Assembly (NCBI RefSeq): GCF_004010195.1
Contig: NC_057718.1
Coordinates: 98,146,876 to 98,210,875, forward strand
DNA from: Chiloscyllium plagiosum
Taxonomy: Eukaryota
Length of the DNA: 64,000 bases
Direction of reading: 5' to 3'
The translations under genes and the position numbers were made by a program. The notes below the pieces were generated by a model, which did not search any database, was not told the origin of the DNA, and saw only the letters and a list, made by a program, of their open reading frames with translations. Within the stretch, counting starts at the first letter, position 1, and each line of letters starts with the position of its first letter. Positions 52,978 through 64,000 of the stretch are shown here, piece by piece.

Positions 52978-54657
52978 AGAACGGCCAATGGGGAACTTTA
53001 AACCACTGTCTGCCGATAAACAACAAATATGGACCAAATACTGAACTACAGAAGCAATCATCCCAACACCCACAAACGAAGCTGCATTAGAACATTATTC
53101 CAACAAGCCACCAAACACTGTAGCACAGAGGAACTATGAAGAGCAGAGGAAAACCAACTATACAGTGTATTCCAAAAGAACGAGTGCCCAAAGAATACAA
53201 TCTCAACAACAAACCCAAACAAGCAGACAAAACACACCTAGAAACCCTAGCTACGCTCCCCAACATCAAAGATATGTCAGAAATGACTGCCAGACTACTC
53301 AAACCTCTGGGCATCATGGTAGCCCACTGTCACAAAACAGGTACTTTTTTCTAAAAGCAGTTCCTTTTCTCAAAGATACCGTATCCTTGTTTTATTTTCA
53401 GAGGGATTGTAAAACAGTCCAGGCTCTGAATCGGCTGGTTTGGTACAGAGATGGAAGGGTTTACTGAGAGGCCTTTTTGCTTATACAAAAACAGATGAGA
53501 CTTTAGGCCAAAGCTTTCATGTTTTAGATGAAGGTCTTTTGCCCGAAACGTCGATTTTCCTGCTCCTTGGATGCTGCCTGAACTGCTGTGCTTTTCCAGC
53601 ACCACTCTAATCTAAACTCTGGTTTCCAGCATCTGCAGTCATTGTTTTTACCTATGTTTTAGAAGTGGCCTGTATAATACAGGGGTGTGGTCAGTCCTGG
53701 AAGCTGAATTCTTATACTGAGTTCACTTCAGCTGTGTGGAAACAGGCTGCTGAACTCTTTCTCTTTCTGCCCTTCTAACTTTGACTTGTAAGCCTCTGTT
53801 TCAGTTTTACTCTATGTTTAAGGGGTTTGTGTATTAGGACTGTTGTGTGTATTCAGAACAGCATAATTACATCTCGTTTGGATAGACTGAGTTCTGTGGG
53901 TATTCTATATTCTGTTCCTTGTATTTTATTCCGTAATTTTGTGAATAAATTTTTGTTTGTTTTAAAACCTGTTAGTCAACCTAGCTAACTTACTCAAGGT
54001 AATTTTCACTGTACACTTACTGAAAAGTTATGGTCTGGACTGCCTACTTAAGAATGTTTTGAGTGGTTTGGCCTAGTCCATAGAACCACAAACCTACCAA
54101 CACACTAAAACAGCAGTTAATGAACTTAAAAGACCCAATACAGACAACAAGCAAAACTAATGTTGTCTACAAAAATACTGTGCAAGAACTGTAACAAACA
54201 CTACATTGGACAAACAGGCAGTAAACTAGCCACCAGGATACATGAACATCAACTAGCCACAAAAAGACATGATCCACTCTCACTAGTATCCTTTCATACA
54301 GATGAGGAAGGACACCATTTTGACTGGGACAACACATCCATCCTGGGACAAGCCAAACAGAGACACGCACGAGAATTCCTTGAAGCATGGCATTCCAACC
54401 GGAACTCTTTCAACAAACACATTGATTTGGACCCCGTCTACCATCCTCTGAGAAAAAGAACTGGAAATGATATCACCAACCCAAGGAAACCTAAACACAT
54501 AGATAGAAAGTGGGACATAACACCAGCACTTCACCAGAGGCTCACTGATGATGTTACCTAGTATGATGATAAAACATCTAAAAATGAACCTTCCAGCTCA
54601 GTGAGCTAACTTACATCCAGAACCTCAACCTGAGCTACAAATATTCGTAAACTCACT
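52978..54657 (+). mobile_element. Penelope-like element (RT thumb/linker + GIY-YIG, decayed), split by an insertion
   Basis: LNYRSNHPNTHKRSCIRTLF … LLKPLGIMVAH | KPTNTLKQQL … KHYIGQTGSKLATRIHEH … NKHIDLDPVY; degenerate hammerhead at about 54542-54580. Confidence 0.88.
53328..54085 (+). mobile_element. Probable solo LTR
   Basis: Starts TGTCAC, ends CATAGAA (possibly a decayed …CA end); 4-bp TSD CCAC; AATAAA at 53944; interrupts the PLE reading frame cleanly. Confidence 0.6.
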
Positions 54658-55688
54658 AATTGATCCGAGAGATGAGGGGTTTGTTTTATGAAGAGAGATT
54701 GAACAGTTTAGGCCTATACTCTCTGGAATTTAGAAGAATGAGGGGAGATCAGATTGAGGTATTCAAGATGATAAAAGGTGTGGATAAAATGAACATGGAA
54801 CGGATGCTTCCACTTGTGGGGCATTCTAGGATGAGAGGTCAAAATCTTAGGATAAGGGATAGCAAATTTAAAACAGAGTTGAGGGGAAACTACTTCTCCC
54901 AAAGGGTTGTGAATTTGTGGCATTCCCTACCCCAAAGTGCGGTGGTTGCTGGGACAGTGAGTAAATTTAAGGAGAAGTTAGACAGCTTTTAATGTGTTGA
55001 AAGGATATGGAGAGAAGGCAGGAAAATGAGGATGAGGAACATATCAGAAATGATCTAATGGTGGTGCAGACCTGAGGGGCCGAATGGCTTAATTCTGCTT
55101 CTGTATCTTATGAACTAATAATAGGTCTGAGCAGCACTGAGGGTTAGTGGGATCTTGGCGTGTGGGTTCAATAGATCTTTGAAGGCAATAGGACAGGTGG
55201 ATGAGGTGGTTGATAACACATTTGGGATACTAGTCTTTGCTCATCTTGACAATGAACACAAGAAGTGGGAGGTTATGGTGGGGCTGTACAGCTAGCGTAC
55301 TACATGCAGTTCTGGTCACCTCCCCCCCCACCACACCCCGCCATAGGAAAGTTGGATTGCACTTGAGAGAGTTTAGGGGAGATTAGCAGGCAGGAGGGAC
55401 TCGTTTGGTTTGGAATTATGTTCAGCGTGGACTGGTCGGACCGAAGGGTCTGTTTCCATGCTGTATGACTCCATGAAGAAGGGTCACCAGACTCAAAACA
55501 TTAACTCTGTTTCTCTCTTCACAGACACTGCTAGACCTGCTGAGTTTCTGCAGCAATTTTTCTTTATGTTTCAGATCGTCAATATCTGCAGTTTTCTGTT
55601 TAATTTTACCAAGTTGTCACCTGGACAAATCAGCAATGAAGAGAGACTGATAGGCTGGGGTTGTTTTCCTTAGAGCAGAGAAGGCTAA

Positions 55689-55730
55689 GGGAGGGGGGGG
55701 GGGGGGGGGGTGGGGGGGGGGGGGGCGGTG
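55689..55730 (+). repeat. Poly-G tract inside a CR1 remnant
   Basis: Almost pure G run. Confidence 0.9.
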
Positions 55731-56278
55731 GCGGGATCTGATTGAGTTTGACAAGACTATGAAGAGCTTAGAGGGAAACGGTGTGCAGTTCCCCAACTGG
55801 ACTTTTAACAACGGCAGAAAGTGAACGTGGTCCTCTGTGTGTGCCACTCCAAATTCAACCTTGCCTCACTTGGTCGTGTCAAATTAGTGATATTGGTGAA
55901 ATAATCAGTTACTTCTCAAGGATTGATAACCTGCACATGAAAGCACAACAAATGGTACTTACATTACAGTATTTTAAACCTTATTACTTCATTCAGAACA
56001 GAGGGTATCTTTTTGCATTGAGATGCGTGGGATTGCCCTTTGCCATTGTGATACTGGATACAGTAGTAAGCTTCTGTGTGACATGGATATCATTGGTTAT
56101 TTTTGTTAAGGTGAGAATAAGATTTTCAATATAGAGTCCAAAAGTCGCTCTTTAATCAGTTCTGGTTGGTTGCACAGACCTAATTAGAAATGCCGTATTA
56201 GCTCACAACATGGCATTGACACAGATTTCTCCGTCAACTGCTCCAATTTGAATTAAACTGATCAATTTTGTTTTGCAG

Positions 56279-56489
56279 CCAGTATGTCATGCGACGGGTT
56301 CTGTAGCTACCTGATGTCCGATGAAAATGCGCCTGTCTTCCTTGATCGCTTGGACCTGTACCAGGAGATGGATCAGCCCCTGTCCCATTACTTTATCAGT
56401 TCCTCACACAATACGTATCTCACAGGCAGGCAGTTCGGTGGCAAATCCTCTGTCGAGATGTACAGACAAGTTCTTTTATCAGGCTGCAG
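56279..56489 (+). CDS. PLCB4: PLCB4 exon, end of EF-hands and start of catalytic X box (…[40 protein letters not shown])
   Basis: ttttgcag acceptor, GTTTGT donor, 211 nt; contains the SSHNTYL catalytic motif. Confidence 0.98.
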
Positions 56490-56689
56490 GTTTGTCTCAA
56501 TATGCTTAGAAAAGATTATAGTCGCTCCATATCTGTTACTCAGGTACAGATTAAGAAAAGCATAATGTAACATCCGTGTGTAATTTTTCATTCGCATCTC
56601 TCCTATCTCATCCCATTGCCCCCTAGCACTCCTGATGAGTTTGGGACAAAGGTTAGATTTGTCTGTGTTGGGAAGTGAAACCAGATACT

Positions 56690-56729
56690 GAGTTCTGAAG
56701 AAGGGTCACTGGACCTGAAACGTTAACTC
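56690..56729 (+). ncRNA. Minimal type I hammerhead ribozyme motif (family 3)
   Basis: GAGTT-CTGAAGA-AGGGTCACTGGACCT-GAAACGTT-AACTC: 5-bp stem I, intact core. Confidence 0.72.
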
Positions 56730-59368
56730 TGCTTTCTCTGACAGATGCTGCCAGACCTACTGAGCTTTTCCAGCAATTTCCATTTTTGTTTTAGATCTCC
56801 TGTGGACCTTTGGGATTCTTTCTTGGGCTGGGTTTGTGCTTCTGTCTCATAAAATTGGTGTCGTTGAGCTCAGTATCCTCCAACTCTCCAACCCCGTGCA
56901 ACTCTCCCGACTGCCACCTCCACAGCCCTTCTGCCCAGAATACACTTCATGTCCTGGGGGTGCTGTCCCAAAGAAGCTCCCAGGATGCAATGATTTGGAA
57001 TGTCTGTCATCATAGGTCCCATCTGGTTGATCTTCCCAGAGGGTGTGTGTGTTTGTCTTCCAGTTTGAGGGGTTCTGCACTTCATCTCCCCCCACCCTCC
57101 CCCCATCAACTCTCTTGCCAATTCTCAGGAACAAGACTTCACTGACCATGGAGTCCCAGGATGAGGAGAGAGAGAGGAGAAAGAGGGAAGAAAGAGTAAG
57201 AGATAAGGATGAAGTCAGTGAATGGTAAAGGAGGTAGATGAGGGCAAATAAAGACTAAAAGCGAAACAACTGTTTAAACAAACATCCAGCATAAATATTC
57301 TTTAATTTTCTTCACACCCTTGTGTTTTCAATCTTCATCCTCTCATCCTGGTAGCTGTTTTTCAAACTTTGATCACTCTTCGTAGCATTTGCTAAATTTC
57401 CCTCCCTCAACTCGGCTTGCATTCATATATTTTTTGACTGTGTTCTCCCATATCAGCCTGATTCGCTCTGGCTGAGTCTTTGCTTATTGTATTAACTTGA
57501 AAGCGGCAAAGTGGCACAGTGGTTAGCACTGCTGCCTCACAGGGCCAGAGACCCGGGTTCTCCACCACACTCTCGACCCTGATCTCCACCACACTCTCGA
57601 CCCTGATCTCCACCACACTCTCAACTCTGATCTCCAGCATCTGCAATCCTCACTTTCTTCTCGTTAGAAAGAGGCCAATTTTTTTCAAAGATTATTCATT
57701 TGTCAGGATAAACTAAAATATAATCAGCCCTATCTGAAGTGGAAGACATTTAAATCTGCGTTTGCTGTGTTGACTGGCGTCAGTTGGCTAGGCAGCTGGT
57801 TTGCAATACAGCGTGATGCTAATAGTATGGGTTCAATTCCTGCTCCAGCTTAGGTTACTATGGGGGTTTCTCCTTAATCTCCCCCTCACCTGTGGTACGG
57901 CGACCCTCACATTAAACCACCAGCAGTCATCTCTCTCTTTAATGAGTGAGCAGCCCTCTAATAGGCTAAGACTATGATAACTTTATTCATTTAATACTCT
58001 ACAATATTTAATATATCTGGAAGATTTATTGACAATTTTTAGTCTGTCTTTACGTAATGTCTACATCCGCATTCATGTTGTAGTAATCACCAAATATCCA
58101 GCAAATGCAATTACATTGTTTTATTTGCCTGAGACACTTGATGGGACAGTAGCACAAATGATGATGACATGAACACACACATTTGTGTTATCAGAGTCCG
58201 TAACCTAACCATTTGATCAGTAGCATAAGCACAATGCTGAACTCTAGCTGCTGCACTTTCTGTATGGTGCAGTCTTGTTGACCCTCTGAGTGTTTTTTTT
58301 AATTCCTCGTGGACTGAACCACGGAGTTAAGGCACTGCTGTGAATTGTATTTTAGCAGATGTTCTGAAGCTGCTAAATCACCTTGCCTATCAGTGCTCAT
58401 CACTGAATGGATGACAGCCTGAAAAATACTGCCCTTGAAAGAACAACAGCTGTTGTGCATTGTAAATTATGCATTCACAAAGCACCTTGGGAATAGTAGC
58501 ATAGCTTAAGGGCAAGGACTTTTGGTGTGCTTGGCAAGGAATCTGCAACATGGGAGTTTATGGATAAAATCTATAATTTGAGGGATAAGAATTATGATTA
58601 ATGGATATGGCTTTGGTTCTCTGCTTGATGTCAGTCAGACCAGTTATGAAAATTCTGGCTGTATGAAATGGCAGGCTAGTTTTATGGATTATGACAGTTG
58701 TGTTAATATAAATGCTAAATCAGTGCAATTTCCGCTTTCCTTAAATTAGACAAACAGGCATTATCTCCCACAGCAAGTGGTGATTTGTCTTAAATGTTCA
58801 CTGTGATTGTTAATAATTTTAATGAATAAAACCTCCCTTCAGTTGTTGCCTTTGGTCTCAGAAATGTTTGTGATACCTCAGGTGGGATAGTGTGCAGTTG
58901 AAATTGCCCTCTGCAATTTGTGAAATTAGCATATTCCTATCAAATTCTGTTCTGCTCTATTGCAACACAATTGTTAGCCTATTTTGAGCTGAAAAAGTTC
59001 AAGTTAAAGAATGGGTTAAAACAGATGCTGACACACTGTGCATTGGATAATGACTGCTGTTTCAGGCTTAAGGAAGCCAGAAATCTGCCTTGATCCATTT
59101 AATTTTCACTTTTTGGTTTTATTATCAATCATATTTTGTGCATTCAGATGCAAGTTATGCATTAATGATTAACATGGGGCTCTTTTAGCCCACATTCAAT
59201 AAATACTATTAACATGTAATTTTGGCTGATTAATATGTTGGTGGTGAACTGAGACACAAATTGCTCAGTGTCTGTTGTGCAGCATTTTGGGTAGCATTTA
59301 TTCAGAACAGAACTCCATTTATTATGAATGAACATTACATATGTTGTATCTTCGGAGCTGTTCATTAA

Positions 59369-59566
<198 letters not shown>

Positions 59567-59964
59567 TGATGTAAAGGTCTTGAGTCATGACTTGGGTTCT
59601 GAGTGTTAACATTCCACTGTACACATTTGCCAAGAAACCTTGTACACTTGGGATTCCAATGTCGGAATGTCATCCTTGGACTATTTCAATAAATGTTCAC
59701 TTATTGAAAAGCGTGAAGATCAACTTCTGGAAGATGTGGGTTTAAATCCTACTTACAGAATCTTGAGCATATCAATGAGACTAACACTCATTGGGTCACA
59801 CAGCCGGGAAACAGGCCCTTCAGTCCAACCAGCCCATGCAGACCATAATCCCAAACTAAACTAGCCACACCTGCCTGCACTTGACCCACATCCCTCCAAT
59901 ACAAAATTTGGGGATTGCTGTGTTGTCTCTCAGCTGGGATCGGGTCAACCATCAACCAACATGG

Positions 59965-60300
59965 GAAGGCTGTGGCCTAGTGGTGTTATTGCTGAACAGT
60001 TAATCCGCAGACCCAGGTGATGTTCTGGGGACCTGGGTTCAAATCCCATCATGACATTTGACTTCGACCAAAGAAAATCTGGAATGAAGAGTCTAATGAT
60101 GACCAAGAAGACATTGCTGGTTATCAGGAGAAAACATTGAGTTCACTAATATCCTTTAGGGAAGGAAACTGCTATCCTCACCTGGTCTGGCCTACATGTG
60201 ACTCCAGACTCTCAGCAATGTGGTTAACTCTGGGTAATTAGGTATGGGCAATAAATGCTGTCCTGGCCAGTGATGTCCTCATCCCATCAATAAATTTTTA
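59965..60300 (+). mobile_element. Second tRNA-derived SINE family (same as 37645-38000)
   Basis: GTGGCCTAGTGG box A, GGTTCAAATCC box B, same core. Confidence 0.65.
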
Positions 60301-60439
60301 AAAAACTGTTATTGTTTATTTCGTCACTCTTTGTGGAATCATGCTGTGTAAAAATGAGCTGCTGTACGTTTTATGTTCCAACAATGATCATGCTTCAAAG
60401 GTACCTCATTGTTGCCAATTATAACACACTGAGATCATG

Positions 60440-62770
60440 AAATAGAAAATAGGAGTAGACCATTCAGCCCTTCGAGCCTGATACGCAATTCAGTATGATC
60501 ATGGCTGATCATCCAACTCAATAGCCTGTTCTTGCTTTCTCGCCATATCCTTTTTAGCCTCAAATGCCATATCCAACTCCTTGAAATTATACAATGTTTG
60601 GCCTCGACTGCTTTCTATGACAGTAAATTCCACAGACTCACCGCTCTTTGGGTGAAGAAATTTCTCCTCATCTTGGTCCTAAATACTACACTCTATATCC
60701 TTAAACTGTGGCCCCGATCATTAGGAATATCCTTTTTGCATCTACCCTGTTACGTGAGAGAAATTAAAGTCTTTTTTTTAAGTCAATTCACCTAAATCAT
60801 GGTCATAGAGATGTACAGCACGGAAACAGACCCTTCAGTCCAACTCGTCCTTGCTGACCAGATATCCTAAACTAATCTAGTCCCGTATGCCAGCACTCGG
60901 ACCATATCCCTCTAAACCCTTCCTATTCATATACCCATCCAGGTGCCTTTTAAATGTTGTAACTGTACCAGCCTCCACCACTTCCTCTGGCAGCTCATTC
61001 CATACATGCACCACCCTCTGCATGAAAAAGTTGCCCCTTAAGTCCCTTTTAAATTTTCCCCCTCTCATCCTAAACTGATGCCCTCTAGTTGAGTAGAATA
61101 TCAAAATTAAAGATCAAAAATAAAAAGTTGTAAGGTAAAAGTTCACTTGCCTCAGTGATAATTCATGATCGGGCATGACAAATTTAAAACGTTACCATGG
61201 GAGTGTTTTGTTCTGGATTGCCCATTTAATTATTAATCCAGTTGTCTCAGTAAATGTACAAACTTTAGATAGTATAGTTTTCCCATCGATCACAGGGTCA
61301 TTTCTCAAATAATGCTTAATTTCAATTGCTTAGATTTGTGTCAACAAAAACCAACTTGACTTTCCAAATGTTGCATTCGAATTTTGCAGAGCGATTAGTC
61401 ATTGAGTCATACAGCATGAAAACAGACCCTCCACTCCAATCAGTCCATGCCAAACGGAATCCCATACAAACCTAGTCCCATCTCCTTGCTCCTGGTCCAT
61501 ATCCCTCCACACCTTTCCTATTCATCAACCTATCCAAACGTATTTTAAACATTGCAATTGTGCCCACCTCCGCCATAGAGTCATAGAGATGTACAGTACG
61601 GAAATAGATCCTTCGGTTCAACTCATCCATGCTGACCAGATATCCTAAACTAATCCAGTCCCATTTGCCAGCACTTGGCCCTAATCCCTTTAAAGCCTTC
61701 CTATTCACGTACTCATCCACAAGTTTTTTTAAGTGTTGTAATTGTACCCGCCTCCACCACTTCCTCGGGCAGCTCATTCCATACACGCACCATCCTTTGC
61801 ATGAAAACGTTGCCCCTTAAGTCCCTTTTAAATTTTCCCCTCTCACCCTAAACCTATCCACTCTCATTCTGGACTCCCCCAATTCAGGGAAAAGACCTTG
61901 TCTAATTACCCTATCCATGCTCCTCATGATTTTATTAAACCTCTATAAGGATACCCCTCAGCCTCCGACGCTCCAGGGAAAACAGGCCCAGTCTGTTCAG
62001 CCTCATCCTATAGCTCAAACCCTCCAACCCTGGTAACATCCTTGTAAATCTTTTCTGAACTCTTTAAGTTGCACAACATCCTTCCTATAGGAGGGAGACC
62101 AGAATTGCATGCAATATTCCAAAAGTGGCCTAACCAATGTCCTGTACAGACACAACATGATCTCCCATGATACTCACTGCTCTGACCAATAAAGGAAAGC
62201 ATACCAAACGCCTTCTTCACTATCCTATCTACCTGAGACTCCACTTTCAAGGAGCTATGAACCTGCACTCCAAGGTCTCTTTGTTCAGCAACACTCCCCA
62301 GGACCTTACCACTTCCTTAGGAAGTTCATTCCACACACAAACCACCATCTTTGTAAAAAAACAATTGCCCCTTTCTTCACTATCCTATCTACCTGAGACT
62401 CCACTTTCAAGGAGCTATGAACCTGCACTCCAAGGTCTCTTTGTCCAGCAACACTCCCCAGGACCTTACCACTTAGGAAGTTCATTCCACGCACAAACCA
62501 CCATCTTTGTAAAAAAACAATTGCCCCTCATGTCTTTTTTAAATCTCTCTTCTCACACCTTAACAATATACCCCCAGCCTTGAAATCCCCCATCCTAGTG
62601 AGAAGGCAATGACCATTAACTCTATTTATACCCCTCATTTTTTTTATAAACTTCTATAAGGTCATAACCTCCTATGAAAAATCCCCAGCCTTTCTTTGTA
62701 ATTCAAACCTTCCAAACCCAGCAACATCCTGGTAAATCTCTTCTGAACCCTCTCCAGCTTAATCTTGTCT
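60440..62770 (-). mobile_element. Cluster of CR1/HER1-type LINE 3' ends
   Basis: Several stacked minus-strand copies (RGNFFMQRVVHVWNELP; VKKAFGMLSFIG). Confidence 0.85.
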
Positions 62771-62891
62771 CCACTACCCTCTCAAGCAGCATGTTCCAAA
62801 TACCCACCGCCTTCTGAGGAACAAGAGATCCTCAAATTTCCTCTAAAGCCCGTGTTTCTCACTTTAGACTTGTGCTTTCTGGTCTTAATGG

Positions 62892-62980
62892 GGATGAAGG
62901 GCTTTTGTCCGAAACGTCGATTTCGCTGCTCCTTGGATGCTGCCTGAACTGCTGTGCTCTTCCAGCACCACTAATCCAGA
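62892..62980 (+). mobile_element. Family-2 short element, 5'-truncated within the hammerhead core
   Basis: GATGAAGGGCTTTTGTCCGAAACGTCGA…CCAGCACCACTAATCCAGA. Confidence 0.72.
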
Positions 62981-63279
62981 AAGTGTCTGGAAATGTTAAC
63001 CTTATCAAGGACAACATATGATATTTGTAACTGCAACAAAAAATATGCCTTTGTAATTTGAGCTGTTTTTATTGTTGGATCATACAACATAGGCATCTCT
63101 AGTGCCCACATTTATTGTATTCAGGAGATGATGGTAACCTACCTGCTCAAACCATTGACGTCTATCTGGTGTAGATGCATCCACATGCTGTTTTGAATTT
63201 ATAAGAAAAGGAAGTGGTTAATCTCTCAAGCCTGTTCCGTCATTCAGTGAGATCATGGCTGATCAATAGCCTCAGAGGC

Positions 63280-63550
63280 TTCTTCTGGAATACTGTGTCC
63301 AATTCTGGTTGCCCAGTTATAGGAAGGATGCTGTTAACCTCGAGAGGGCTCAGAAGAGATTTACCAGGATGTTGCCGGGTGTGGAACGTTTGAGTTATAA
63401 AGAAAGGCTGGATAAGCTGGGACTTTCTTCACTGGAGCATACGAGGCTGGAAGGTGACCTTATCGAGGTTTATAAAATCATGAGTGGTAGAGATAGGGTT
63501 AATTTTAGGTGTCTTTTCCCTGGGGGTGGGGCGTTTCAAGATGAGGAGCC
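63280..63550 (+). mobile_element. CR1-type LINE fragment
   Basis: LERAQKRFTRMLPG…GDLIEVYKIM. Confidence 0.85.
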
Positions 63551-64000
63551 ATGATTGATGATTGCGGTATAATTAATGTTGGGCGATTGACATTTCTGAC
63601 AGTGAAATAACACAGAGGGAAACAGAGATTTGATTTATTATTGTCACATCTACCTAAGTACAGTGAAAAGTTTGTTTTTGCTGTCAGTGCAGGCAGAATT
63701 TAATAAACAAAGACATATAGATCGTAGGGTGTTAGACAGAGCAAGGCACATAAGGTTGTGGCTGCACAGAAGTTGCACAAAAGCAAGATCAATATTAGAT
63801 TTGAAAATAGAGATGTCCATTCAGCAGTCTAATAACAACAGGGAAGGAGCTGTTCTTGAATCCATTGGTTCGTGTGTTTAAGCTTCTGTATCTTCTGCCT
63901 GACGGAAGAGATTATAAGAGACTGTTACCGGGTTGGGACTCTTTCACGTTAAAAGAGACTCCAGAAGCTTGGGTCATTGTTATTTCTGAGACATCAGAGG

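Larger units (their letters stand above)
52540..55115 (+). mobile_element. CR1-type LINE split by the PLE insertion
   Basis: …QRRFT.LI | MRGLFYEERLNSLGLYSLEFRRMRGD…; ATTGATCC duplicated at both junctions. Confidence 0.8.

Overview
Eukaryotic genomic DNA from a cartilaginous fish (shark/ray, judged from HE1-type V-SINEs and HER1/CR1-type LINEs). The only host gene is an internal part of PLCB4 (phospholipase C beta-4) on the + strand: 11 GT-AG coding exons from 13030 to 59500, 1074 nt in one continuous frame (about human residues 29-386: PH domain, EF-hands, start of the catalytic X box). The start exon and the downstream exons were not found in the window. The introns consist largely of 5'-truncated CR1-type LINEs, HE1 SINEs, a second tRNA-derived SINE, TcMar-type MITEs, a probable solo LTR, a 1.8-kb 32-bp minisatellite and Penelope-like element (PLE) fragments. 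The most notable signal is at least four distinct repeat families carrying minimal type I hammerhead-ribozyme motifs (stem I-CUGANGA-stem II-GAAA-palindromic stem III-UH). These often sit in inverted pairs with clear target-site duplications, several copies are sense to the PLCB4 pre-mRNA, and one insertion starts exactly at the predicted cleavage site. Exon and motif coordinates were read base by base; TE boundaries are approximate, and family names come from recalled consensus sequences, not database searches.
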